Below are positions 9,801 through 17,985 of a stretch of 64,000 nucleotides of DNA, piece after piece. The translations under genes were made by a program, and so were the position numbers. Within the stretch, counting starts at the first letter, position 1, and the number at the start of each line of letters is the position of its first letter. This DNA is from Candidatus Kerfeldbacteria bacterium (lineage in GTDB: Bacteria; Patescibacteriota; Patescibacteriia; SBBC01), in contig JACQPY010000009.1 in NCBI GenBank assembly GCA_016207275.1, positions 27,637 to 91,636 on the forward strand, given 5' to 3'. The notes beneath the pieces were generated by a model. That model searched no databases and had not been told where the DNA came from. It saw only the letters and a program-made list of their open reading frames with translations.

Positions 9801-11605
9801 TCGGCGATTTCAAAGGTGAAATTTGCTTCGGTACTGCCATTGGCGCTGACCGTCACGCACTTCGGTTCATCGGTCGAAACGTAGCTTGTACTGGTGCTGA
9901 GGATCGAGACTGCGTTCGAGGCGGCCGCGCTCTGGCTGGGGTACGAGTTGACGCACCACTTGCCGGCGGTCACCGCCAGGCTAAACTTACCGTTACTGTC
10001 GGTGTTGCCCCAGCCCCAACCAAATCCTCCTTCCTGCCAGGCATTGACCGACTGGCCGGAAATCCCCTGGCCCTTGGTATTGCGGACGTAGCCGGCGATC
10101 GTTGAGTTGCGCTCGAGCAAGGTGATCGTCATTTCGTACGACTCGTTGTCCTTCAACGTCAGTGGCGACAGCGACGGCGTTCCGTATTGGGTCGAGCTGC
10201 CGTTGACCGATAGGTTGAAGGTGCCGGGCGGCAATTTCATCGAGCAGCTGCCGCTCCCTACCTGACACCAATTTCCCCCGCCACCCTCGGACCAGGCGTT
10301 GACCGAGTAGTAGTCGGACGACGGCACGGCGGTTCCGTTCGGATACTGGACGCGGACGCTCAAGGTGGCCGACAGCTTGGCCACCGAAAAGTCGGCCGTC
10401 GCTGACTCGGCTTCGGCATTTGATTTCGTAAAGCTGACTTTCTTCGGGCTCTTGGCGTAGGTCCAATCTGGCGAACTACCTTGGCTCCAGGTCGGGTAGA
10501 CGCTGAGGAACCACTCGCCGGCCCCGACGGTCAACGTGTATTGTCCGGCTGAGTTAGTGGTGGCCGAAGCAGATCCCCCGCCCATGTACTGCCAGGCGCT
10601 GACGTTCCCGTCGGTCACCGTCGTACCGTCAGACTTGGTCAGCTTGCCGGAAATGGTTTTGAGGGCGGCGCTCAAAGTAATCGGCGTCGTCAGATAGGTC
10701 TGGTGGGTCGTCCCTTTGGTTAGGCTGACTGTAATCGGGTCAGGGCCGACTAGTCCCGCTGGCGTGTACGGCGGCGAGATCTTCAATTTGTACGTCCCGG
10801 TGGCCACCGCGTCCACCTTGAAAACGCCGGTGCTGTCCGTGCTGGCCCACTGGACCGTGATATTGTTGCTGTCGTTGAGATTAACCGATGCATACGGCGC
10901 GGGCGTGCCGTCAGGCAGAACCACCTTGCCCTTCATCGCTGGCTTCTGCAGCTTGACGACGGATGATCCGTTCGTCCCATCAAGGTAGACGTTCGCGCCC
11001 GAGTAGGTAATCGTCTGATTATCTGGTCTCGATTCCTCTGAATCGCTGGAGTAAATCTCCACGGTATAGGTCCCGTTCGAGGACAATGCCTGCTTGAAAA
11101 CGCCGGCGGAATCGGTGTTCGAGTACTTACTGATTGACCAGTCAGACGTCCGGATGGTTACCGAGGTGTTGCTGACTGGCGTTGTGCCGTCGGACTTGGT
11201 CAGCTTACCAAAGACGTTTGGATTGAGTAACGTGACGCTACCGAGACTGGTCGTTTGGTTATCACTCACCACCACGTCGCGGACGTCGGGGTTAAAGTAC
11301 GAAGCGTGGTTGGCCCAGACGTCCAGTTTCAGCGTGCCAGCCGGCACCGAGGTAAACGTAAATGATCCGCTGCAACCAGTCGACGCGTACGAGGAGTACG
11401 ACCAGTTGCTCGTCCGCAGCGTGACCGAAGCGTTACAGACGCCGGTCGTACCGTTTGGCTCAGTGATGGTTCCGGTGACCGTACCAGAATTGTCGGCCCG
11501 GACCAATGAGACCGGTCCAATTGTCCAGACCAATAAAGAAAGGGCGACCAGCGTAGCAAAAAACCTCCGTTGGAGGTCGGAGCTGGACTTTTGTTCGTGC
11601 CACAT
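6878..11605 (-). CDS. Large secreted/surface protein: repeated carboxypeptidase-regulatory-like beta domains plus C-terminal FG-GAP/VCBS repeats
   Basis: Signal peptide; repeated T/S-rich 'TDS.G.F' units; DxDGDxxxE motifs. Confidence 0.75.
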   Translation of the reverse strand: MWHEQKSSSDLQRRFFATLVALSLLVWTIGPVSLVRADNSGTVTGTITEPNGTTGVCNASVTLRTSNWSYSSYASTGCSGSFTFTSVPAGTLKLDVWANHASYFNPDVRDVVVSDNQTTSLGSVTLLNPNVFGKLTKSDGTTPVSNTSVTIRTSDWSISKYSNTDSAGVFKQALSSNGTYTVEIYSSDSEESRPDNQTITYSGANVYLDGTNGSSVVKLQKPAMKGKVVLPDGTPAPYASVNLNDSNNITVQWASTDSTGVFKVDAVATGTYKLKISPPYTPAGLVGPDPITVSLTKGTTHQTYLTTPITLSAALKTISGKLTKSDGTTVTDGNVSAWQYMGGGSASATTNSAGQYTLTVGAGEWFLSVYPTWSQGSSPDWTYAKSPKKVSFTKSNAEAESATADFSVAKLSATLSVRVQYPNGTAVPSSDYYSVNAWSEGGGGNWCQVGSGSCSMKLPPGTFNLSVNGSSTQYGTPSLSPLTLKDNESYEMTITLLERNSTIAGYVRNTKGQGISGQSVNAWQEGGFGWGWGNTDSNGKFSLAVTAGKWCVNSYPSQSAAASNAVSILSTSTSYVSTDEPKCVTVSANGSTEANFTFEIADATVSGVVVDKNNTTLSSVYGWVQASKTTTSSTTSNFYFGGVGGSINSGSFTIRVPAGTWELCASLGYSGDYTTADCVSVTVSSGDVKNDVKLTLVPSNATITGYFRNASGDIITDVFGSVFAQKNVAYRWSSIDSGGYSFKVAAGTWKLGCWVDPSTASQYYLEGTCDKDVTVAENETKRQDIFLKVADSTITVKTVDPDGKPLANALINIDTSFGAAKTISYSQYGAWFNRNKATDQNGMVSLKVPAGTYFVTASIDPGLGYINPEKEVATVAADSPAALTLKFVKPDATISGTVTVEGAKATGTFVAASTSDGGYVETQTTEGTYALKVTGGETWTVVAADETDTSNKGYREGMSVEVAKGSTTAAPTIVLGDGKTEDAASLPEAISVTTATNAQLSMTDQAGASLTIPANTLTADNVTVSVTIEPTVELPDTATSVPATLYGYDLDVRQTSGQNAGQTIKTFVADATVCIPYSETEITADGLAESDLTMQYFDETAGTYRDVKTSTVNATENKVCGTTNHSSKFVLTSTPLVKKTTTPGTPAAPGQDGGGGGTDEAPVVTPELTELTTKQLAALALQKGVLVVSIYNRDGTRAKSFKPYVSRQVTGAFRLVAADVTGSGTEALAVYPVSGQSLPVKVMNLDGKTLGSFTPFGGQPIAITAADIDGDKKAELIVTAKTNASALIYGYSRGKVQRLLTISRPAGSSGGLLVGVGNVTGGESKELIFANPASGKVVAYAANLTQKRAARVATASSSILPKGVKEIHIADVTGSRTNEVLLRGSETATLTAISGKSFKRLTNVKVSAGVTLRLGDVTGDSKADFVVVNPTTGKLTLASYEQAKKRVRVLSTGATNNQSIDTAGSVSIGDLDADGQPELTVAQKNGSRVKVYRYENGKLRAKSSYSLKKASGTNATLLASDLNGDGRREIVAVPSTGTKVSILTFKQDKLSLSKQFTVSGRGFGSGLEVTAATVE

Positions 11606-11799
11606 AGGGATGTTGTAGCTAGTTGTTGAGCCTTCCGCTCTGTGTCTTATGACAGAGCACCTAGTATACCAAAAAATGAATTGCTTGTCCAGGGCGCGCC
11701 AACGTCTAATCGGCGAAACTACGCTGCCAACCCCAGCTTCTGCTTGACGATCTTGGTCACGTCGGGGAAATCTTCCGGTCGGTCTTAGGTTTCACTCCT

Positions 11800-11936
11800 T
11801 TTTGCCCAGAGCGGAAGGAGTGGGATTCGCCAGGTCATGCGACCTGGCGTCCGGTCGAACCCGTCCCGTCGGATCATACGATCCGATCGAATGATCGGAT
11901 GATGGGATGACCGGACGAACTCGCGAGACCCTTGCA
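11800..11936 (-). pseudogene. Decayed second tRNA-Ser 3' portion with palindromic insert in the T-loop
   Basis: ttttgcccagagcgga duplicated from 11949-11964, then aggagtgggattcg[nested hairpins]aactcgcgagacccttgc. Confidence 0.65.
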
Positions 11937-11960
11937 GTATACTTTTTCTTTTGCCCAGAG

Positions 11961-12047
11961 CGGAGGCGAGAGGATTCGAACCTCTGATACCTTTTCAGGT
12001 ATACGTCCTTTCCAGGGACGCCTATTCAACCACTCTAGCACGCCTCC
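11961..12047 (-). tRNA. tRNA-Ser(GGA), CCA not encoded
   Basis: GGAGGCG...CGCCTCC-G; anticodon arm CGTCC-CTGGAAA-GGACG; long variable arm. Confidence 0.96.
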
Positions 12048-12145
12048 GCTCTGGGCAGATGCATGATCAACCACCCCGCCATCGCATCCCAAAGCGCCCA
12101 GATTTTACATCCTCATGGTGACTCAGGCAAGCGACGAAACACATT

Positions 12146-12610
12146 TCAGCGTGGTCCCTGTTCTGCTCCCAGCCTGGCCAATTCCAGCGCGGCGGCGACC
12201 GCCTCTCCGCCGACGTGGATCCGAGCTTGGGCTTGTTCCAAGGTATTGACCGTCAGAACTCCGAAACCGATGGGAATGTGGTGATCGAGCATGACTCGCA
12301 AGACTCCCTCTTGCACCATCTTGCAGACGTAGTCGAAGTGCGCCGTGGCACCACGAATGACGCACCCCAGCGCCACTAAGCAGTCGTATCGCTTCAGCCG
12401 CGCGAGGTGCTGGAGGGCGTACGGAATCTCGACTGAGCCGGCCACGGAAACGACCGTGACGTTTTTCTCTTTGACGCGGTATCGTCTCAGTGCTTGGCTG
12501 GCATCGGCGAGGAGCCGGCTGGTGATCTCGTGGTTGAACCGGGAAACCACCACCCCCACGCTCGCGCGAGGGGCAACGATGTCAATGGCTGACCGGCGCC
12601 GTCGTTGCAT
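12146..12610 (-). CDS. ribH: 6,7-dimethyl-8-ribityllumazine synthase
   Basis: VVSRFN, GSVEIP, LGCVIRGATAHFDYV, PIGFGVLT. Confidence 0.93.
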   Translation of the reverse strand: MQRRRRSAIDIVAPRASVGVVVSRFNHEITSRLLADASQALRRYRVKEKNVTVVSVAGSVEIPYALQHLARLKRYDCLVALGCVIRGATAHFDYVCKMVQEGVLRVMLDHHIPIGFGVLTVNTLEQAQARIHVGGEAVAAALELARLGAEQGPR

Positions 12611-12613
12611 GGT

Positions 12614-13306
12614 TTAGGTTGAACGGTGCTCAAAGAAACGCTGGAGGTACTTTGCCACCAGGTCAAATTCAAGATTCACGCCGTCGCCGATGCGTTTTTC
12701 ATTTAGGTTGGTGTGCTGCCAGGTATACGGAATGACGTGGGTGGTGAAGCTCCACGGCCTCACGGCCGTGGTTTCTCTCGATACGTGGTTCTGTGGAGCG
12801 GAACCCCGCATCCGTCCCGCCGCAGGCGGGACTGGTGCGTGGGTAAAAAAGTTTTTGTTCACGTCCACCACGGTCAAGCTGATCCCCTCAACCGTAACCG
12901 GCGTTTTGGCGGCCACTAGGTTCAACAACTTTTTGGCTTTGACGGTAATAGTAAGGACGTGAGAATTTCCTGCCCGAGCGACAGAAGCAATCGTGCCCAC
13001 GGTGTCCACTAATCCATGCACAAAATTACCGCTGATTTGATCGCCCAGCGCCAACGGCTGTTCAAGATTGACAACACTGCCGGCGATCAGCGTTGACAGA
13101 TTCGTGCGCTTCAATGTTTCCGGCATGTACTGAAACTGCAAATCCGGTCGGGTTCCGATGACCGTCGAACACACCCCGTTGACCGCAATGCTCTGACCAA
13201 CCTTCACCCTCCAGCCCTTCGGCGTGGCGACGATCAAACGCAGGCCTTGCCGGTCTCGGCGGATCCGCTTGACCCTGCCGGTAGCAGAAATAATTCCACT
13301 AAACAT
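12614..13306 (-). CDS. ribE: Riboflavin synthase alpha chain with a ~33-aa in-frame palindrome-derived insertion
   Basis: MFSGII start, SIAVNGVCSTV, PETLKRTNL, VNLE twice. Confidence 0.9.
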   Translation of the reverse strand: MFSGIISATGRVKRIRRDRQGLRLIVATPKGWRVKVGQSIAVNGVCSTVIGTRPDLQFQYMPETLKRTNLSTLIAGSVVNLEQPLALGDQISGNFVHGLVDTVGTIASVARAGNSHVLTITVKAKKLLNLVAAKTPVTVEGISLTVVDVNKNFFTHAPVPPAAGRMRGSAPQNHVSRETTAVRPWSFTTHVIPYTWQHTNLNEKRIGDGVNLEFDLVAKYLQRFFEHRST

Positions 13307-13311
13307 GCGGT

Positions 13312-13359
13312 TTACCGGCGCTTACGCTCCGCTTCGAGAATCACCAGGGTCGTTCTCAA
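13312..13359 (-). pseudogene. Displaced ppsA C-terminus, probably the ancestral copy
   Basis: LRTTLVILEAERKRR* versus the live LKTTLVILEAEKER*; ends 5 nt before the ribE ATG. Confidence 0.85.
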
Positions 13360-13382
13360 CATCCCGACTATGAACAGAATAA

Positions 13383-13438
13383 TTACCTTTTTCTGGCGAA
13401 GGATTTTCCGAACACTCCTTCGGCTCTGCTTCTAAAAT
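13383..13438 (-). pseudogene. Short ppsA C-terminus remnant split by a hairpin insert
   Basis: ILEAE-[CCGAAGGA...TCCTTCG]-KR*. Confidence 0.5.
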
Positions 13439-13458
13439 CTTTCCGAAAAACGAGTGGA

Positions 13459-13734
13459 CTAACTTCGCTTCCTTCGAAACACGCCTTCCGCCAAGTACTC
13501 TTTCATCAACGACTGATACGGAATATGCAACTCATTCGCCCGTTCCTTAATCCGAATCAATAGATACGAAGGAACGCGCAGCGAGATAGCGTGCGACGTC
13601 GGTTTGAGATCCGGAAAATGTACTGATTCGGCCTTTGACCAATCAACGTAGCGCGTCGAATCGTGGCGTTGCCAAAATCGCCGTTCGTCTGCTTCGCTCT
13701 TAAACTTAGGCAACTTTTTTAAACTTCTTTTCAT
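13459..13734 (-). CDS. BrnA/CopG-like antitoxin
   Basis: PKFKSEADERRFW...D; ISLRVP...IPYQSLMK; overlaps the toxin gene. Confidence 0.85.
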   Translation of the reverse strand: MKRSLKKLPKFKSEADERRFWQRHDSTRYVDWSKAESVHFPDLKPTSHAISLRVPSYLLIRIKERANELHIPYQSLMKEYLAEGVFRRKRS

Positions 13735-14014
13735 AGATGCCCCTTTCCCGCTTATTCGCTGGTCTTGATGAAATTACTCTGATCATGTTGTTCCTGATAG
13801 TAAATACCGTGAATAATACCTTGCCTCTTTTCGACTGCCCTAACATGCGCCACCGCGACTCACGACGGCTGTGTTTCTTGTCGTAGCTGACAAGATTATC
13901 ATTGAAAAACGCTTCTTCCGTTTCGGCTGGACTGACACCGTGTTTTCGTGCACTTTTTCCCTTATTCCATTCATCCCAGATGAATCCCTTCACACCTTCT
14001 AAAATGGCCGCCAT
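13706..14014 (-). CDS. BrnT (DUF497) toxin
   Basis: FIWDEWN...KHGVS..E.EE.F, HS..E.R, IRVISSRPA...ER..YE. Confidence 0.9.
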   Translation of the reverse strand: MAAILEGVKGFIWDEWNKGKSARKHGVSPAETEEAFFNDNLVSYDKKHSRRESRWRMLGQSKRGKVLFTVFTIRNNMIRVISSRPANKRERGIYEKKFKKVA

Positions 14015-14020
14015 GTTTCT

Positions 14021-14049
14021 ATTGTATATACTATTCTATACAATGTCAA
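14021..14049 (-). promoter_or_regulatory. Sigma70 promoter with palindromic operator for the TA operon
   Basis: TTGACA-17 nt-TACAAT; inverted repeat ATTGTATA...TATACAAT overlaps the -10 and spacer. Confidence 0.75.
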
Positions 14050-14067
14050 TAGGCACCGCAGAGAATG

Positions 14068-14101
14068 CCTCTAAAAGCTATAAGCTAACAGCTACAAGCT
14101 A
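14068..14101 (-). repeat. Heptamer repeat (TAGCTTG/TAGCTGT type), left arm only
   Basis: TAGCTTGTAGCTGTTAGCTTATAGCTTTTAGAGG; same terminal 13 nt as after the glyA stop. Confidence 0.8.
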
Positions 14102-14143
14102 TTTCTCTTTTTCCGCCTCCAAAATCGCCAGTGTCGTCTTCAA
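14099..14143 (-). pseudogene. Displaced ppsA C-terminus
   Basis: LKTTLAILEAEKEK*. Confidence 0.88.
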
Positions 14144-15510
14144 GCGCGCGAGCGCGCAATTGAATGAGTTAACCGTTGAAGCGCCGGGCTCACCCTCATC
14201 CCGTACCGAGCTTTTGTGGAGATGTTGAAAAGTTGCGGCGAGAACTTATTAGCTTCCCGGCGATACCGTCCACCGATTTCCTGCAATGACGGAAACTTAT
14301 ACACCAGCTTTCCGTTTCTGATAATCGGAACGAGAAGTTTCTTTCCGGCGTGTGGCTCATCCTCAAGACCTAAAGCATCATGGTAGTACTTTTTTCCGCG
14401 CAAAATACGATAGATTTGTTTTCGTCCAGGATACGACGCCTTGCCTGTCGAGGTCTTCATCACCGGCATCATCTTTCCCTGACGCTCGATTTCCGACATC
14501 TTGTAAACCATTTCCAAGGTCGGTGCATCAGTCGGCACGAGCAACTCGGTCACGCCGGCATAAAAATCAATTGGCGCTTTGCGCCGCTCAAGGTCCTGAA
14601 CCTTCCACTCGTCTAAGTTTCCCATCGCGAATATTTTGGCGTACGGAAGGTTAGCTTCATCCAGCATCTTCCTGGCTTGGACGCTTAATGAGTGTAAATC
14701 GCCACTGTCTAACTGTACTCCAACTGCACGCTTTCCTTCCAGCTCAAGCTCTTTGGCGGCGGTAATGAACTTCTTGATGCCCTGGACCGTGTCATAGGTA
14801 TCTACGAGTACATACCCTTTGCCGCCCAGACCTCGTAAGTACGCGCGGATGGCATCCAACTCTTCGTCGAACGCCATGATCAAGTAGTGGAACGTGCCCG
14901 TATAAAAAGGGCTGCTCTCGTGCTTGTAGTGGTAGGTGGCGAGTGTGTTAGTGATGCCGAAAATCTCATTGATTCTGGCTGACCGCATTGCTGCATCAAG
15001 GCCGTAGGTCCGGTTGAACCCGATCCCGACCTGTTTTCCGTTCGCGGCGCGAACAAATCGCGAAATTTTTGAAGCCAAAATCGTCTGTACGTAAATTTCA
15101 TTCGTCACCAGCATCTCGATGAGCTGCGCCTCAACCAACGGTGCCGTAATCCTCACGATCGGCTCCTGGGCAAAGAAAATAGTTCCTTCCCGCATCGCCC
15201 ACAGATCGCCGGTAAATCGATAACTCTTAAAGTACTTAAGAATATTCGGTGGGAAGTGGAGTGTTTTTCGTAACCAGCGCAATCTCGCTGAATCAATCCG
15301 CAGATTCAGCAGGTGTTCGGCCACATGTTCAAGTCCGGCAAACACTAAAAAATTCCTGGTCTTCGGCAGTTCGCGCACAAACAAATCAAAGGTGGTTTTT
15401 TTATCGGCTAGACCTTCATCAAAAAACACCGAAGCCAGCGCAAATCGCGAACTGCTGGTGAACAACGACAGGTCTTCGGATCGGAGGAAATCATTAATCA
15501 TTCGTAACAA
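14140..15510 (-). CDS. pncB: Nicotinate phosphoribosyltransferase-like protein, divergent
   Basis: FDLFVRELP..RNFLVFAGLE, EGTIFF..EP, EAQLIE, LVDTYDT, LDSGDL, VYKM.E, K.SYPGRKQ. Confidence 0.8.
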   Translation of the reverse strand: MLRMINDFLRSEDLSLFTSSSRFALASVFFDEGLADKKTTFDLFVRELPKTRNFLVFAGLEHVAEHLLNLRIDSARLRWLRKTLHFPPNILKYFKSYRFTGDLWAMREGTIFFAQEPIVRITAPLVEAQLIEMLVTNEIYVQTILASKISRFVRAANGKQVGIGFNRTYGLDAAMRSARINEIFGITNTLATYHYKHESSPFYTGTFHYLIMAFDEELDAIRAYLRGLGGKGYVLVDTYDTVQGIKKFITAAKELELEGKRAVGVQLDSGDLHSLSVQARKMLDEANLPYAKIFAMGNLDEWKVQDLERRKAPIDFYAGVTELLVPTDAPTLEMVYKMSEIERQGKMMPVMKTSTGKASYPGRKQIYRILRGKKYYHDALGLEDEPHAGKKLLVPIIRNGKLVYKFPSLQEIGGRYRREANKFSPQLFNISTKARYGMRVSPALQRLTHSIARSRA

Positions 15511-15518
15511 CCGAAAGT

Positions 15519-17930
15519 TTATCTCTCTTTTTCAGCTTCAAGAATCACGAGCGTCGTCTTCAGCACCGTGTCCGGATTGAGCGAAATCGAGTCAATCCCC
15601 TGCTTGACCAAAAACTTGGCCAGCTCAGGAAAATCCGATGGACCTTGGCCGCAGATGCCGATCTTACGCTTGGCTTTCTTGGCTTTGGCAATGGCCGTCT
15701 GCAACATCCACTTGACTGCCTCGTTGTTCTCGTTCCCCACGCTGCTAACGAGCTGCGAATCGCGGTCAAGCGCCAAGGTGAATTGCGTCAAATCGTTCGA
15801 GCCGATGGAAAAACCGTCGAAAACTTTGGCAAACTCCTCGGCCAGCACCACGTTGGCTGGCAATTCGCACATCACGTAGACTTCAAGCCCGTCTTTGTGC
15901 TGCCGCAATCCATGCCTGGCCATGAGCGAAATAACTTTTTTTCCCTCTTCCACTGTCCGGCACATCGGCACCATCACCTTAATGTTCGTCAGGCCGAACT
16001 TCTCTCGCACCCGTTTCAGCGCCTTGACTTCAAGCGCAAAGGCCGGCTCGAACTCCGGGTCGTAATATCGCGCTGCCCCGCGCCAGCCGAGCATCGGGTT
16101 CTCTTCGTGCGGCTCGAATTCCTTGCCGCCGATGAGGTTGGCGTATTCGTTGGTTTTGAAATCCGACAAACGCACGATCACGTCCTTCGGATGAAAAGCC
16201 GCGGCAATCATGCCGATTCCCTGCGACAATTTGTCCACAAAAAATTCTTTCTTATCTCGGTAACCAACGGTCAACTCGTCAATCTGCTTGACCGCCCGCC
16301 GGTCCTTGAGCTTCGGGTATTTGATCAGCGCCAGCGGATGAATTTTTATCCAGGCCGCGGCAATGAATTCCTCGCGCAACAGTCCGATTCCGTCATTGGG
16401 AATGAACGAGTCAGTGAAAGCGCGGTCGGGCGCGGCCACAATCATCATTACCTTGGTGGTCGGCCGCTTGAGTTTCTTTAAATCAACGGCTTTGACCGTG
16501 AACGGCAGAATTCCGGCATAGACCTTTCCTTTTTCACCCTCAGCCGCCGAAACGGTCACACCTTGGCCGGTCCTTATAACCCTGGTGGCGTTATTCGTGC
16601 CGACTACCGCCGGAATTCCCAGCTCGCGCGAGACAATGGCCGCGTGCGACGTCCGGCCGCCGCGGTTGGTCACAATGGCCGATGCAATTTTCATGATCGG
16701 CTCCCAGTCCGGATCAGTGATGTCGGTCACCAGTACCTCACCCGGCTTGAACTTGCCGATCTGCTTCACGTTAAAAATCACCCGCGCTTTGCCAGAACCG
16801 ATTTTGGCACCGATGGCCATGCCGGTCGTCAATTCCCTGCCGCGTTTCCTGAGTTCGTACGTTTCCAGTTTGGACACGTCCTTGCGCGACACCACGGTCT
16901 CTGGCCTGGCCTGCACGATGTAAAGCTGTTTCGTCAACCCGTCCTTGGCCCATTCCATGTCCATCGGTTTACCGTAATGCTTTTCAATCAGCACGCCCCA
17001 GCTAGCCAGCTCCAGCGCTTCCTTGTCCGTCAGGCAGAACCGCGTTCGCTCCGATTCAGTCGTCGGCACGTTCTTGGTCGGCTGGCGATTTGCATTCGCC
17101 GCATTCGCATGAATTCGTAGATTCGCATATACCATCTTGATGTTCTTGTCGCCGAGCTGCCTTTTGATGATCGGCTTGAATCCTTTTTGGAGCGTCGGTT
17201 TGAACACAATGAACTCGTCCGGCGTAACCTTGCCCTGCACAATGTTCTCGCCTAACCCCCACGAGCCATTGATCAAGATCACGTTCCGGAAACCAGAGTC
17301 AGTATCGAGCGTGAACATCACGCCGGAGCTGGCTTTATCCGAGCGCACCATTTTCTGCACGCCGACCGACAATGAAATCTTGAAATGATCGAAGCCCTTG
17401 TCCTGCCGGTAGCTGATAGCGCGGTTCGTGAAGAGCGAAGCAAAACCCTTCTTGGTTGCCTCAATCACGGCCTCGGCGCCGCGGATGTTGAGGTAGGTTT
17501 CTTGCTGACCGGCGAACGAGGCGTCGGGCAAATCCTCGGCTGTGGCGGATGAACGAACGGCCACGTCGCAGTGCTTACCGTATTCGCGTTCGAGTTTTGC
17601 ATAAGCCGTCCTGATGGCCCGTTTGAGATCGGTCGGCAGCTCAACGCGAAGAATCGCCTCGCGCACGCGGCGGCCGCGGTCCGAGAGATTCTCCATGTCA
17701 TGCGTATTGAGGCCTTTGAGAATCTTTCGAATCTCTTTCTTCAGCCCAGTCTTGATAATGAAGAACTGGTAGGCGGCGGAAGTGATAGCAAAGCCGTTCG
17801 GAATACGAATGCCCTTTTTCGTCAGGTGTCGGTACATTTCGCCCAGGGATGCGTTTTTCCCTCCGACCAGACCAACGTCGCTTTTCCCGAGGTCCTTAAA
17901 CCACAACACCAACTGTTTCTTTCTACTCAT
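15519..17930 (-). CDS. ppsA: Phosphoenolpyruvate synthase
   Basis: GGKNASLGEM, AVRSSATAED, GGRTSHAAI, DGFSIGSNDLTQ. Confidence 0.97.
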   Translation of the reverse strand: MSRKKQLVLWFKDLGKSDVGLVGGKNASLGEMYRHLTKKGIRIPNGFAITSAAYQFFIIKTGLKKEIRKILKGLNTHDMENLSDRGRRVREAILRVELPTDLKRAIRTAYAKLEREYGKHCDVAVRSSATAEDLPDASFAGQQETYLNIRGAEAVIEATKKGFASLFTNRAISYRQDKGFDHFKISLSVGVQKMVRSDKASSGVMFTLDTDSGFRNVILINGSWGLGENIVQGKVTPDEFIVFKPTLQKGFKPIIKRQLGDKNIKMVYANLRIHANAANANRQPTKNVPTTESERTRFCLTDKEALELASWGVLIEKHYGKPMDMEWAKDGLTKQLYIVQARPETVVSRKDVSKLETYELRKRGRELTTGMAIGAKIGSGKARVIFNVKQIGKFKPGEVLVTDITDPDWEPIMKIASAIVTNRGGRTSHAAIVSRELGIPAVVGTNNATRVIRTGQGVTVSAAEGEKGKVYAGILPFTVKAVDLKKLKRPTTKVMMIVAAPDRAFTDSFIPNDGIGLLREEFIAAAWIKIHPLALIKYPKLKDRRAVKQIDELTVGYRDKKEFFVDKLSQGIGMIAAAFHPKDVIVRLSDFKTNEYANLIGGKEFEPHEENPMLGWRGAARYYDPEFEPAFALEVKALKRVREKFGLTNIKVMVPMCRTVEEGKKVISLMARHGLRQHKDGLEVYVMCELPANVVLAEEFAKVFDGFSIGSNDLTQFTLALDRDSQLVSSVGNENNEAVKWMLQTAIAKAKKAKRKIGICGQGPSDFPELAKFLVKQGIDSISLNPDTVLKTTLVILEAEKER

Positions 17931-17949
17931 TGTCTGTCTCCTTTACGTA

Positions 17950-17983
17950 CAGTCAAACGTCACAAATCAAATGTCAAAAGTTT
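17950..17983 (-). repeat. Heptamer repeat (TTTGACA type)
   Basis: TTTTGAC ATTTGAT TTGTGAC GTTTGAC just after a stop codon; same family as 33498-33558. Confidence 0.6.
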
Positions 17984-17985
17984 CT

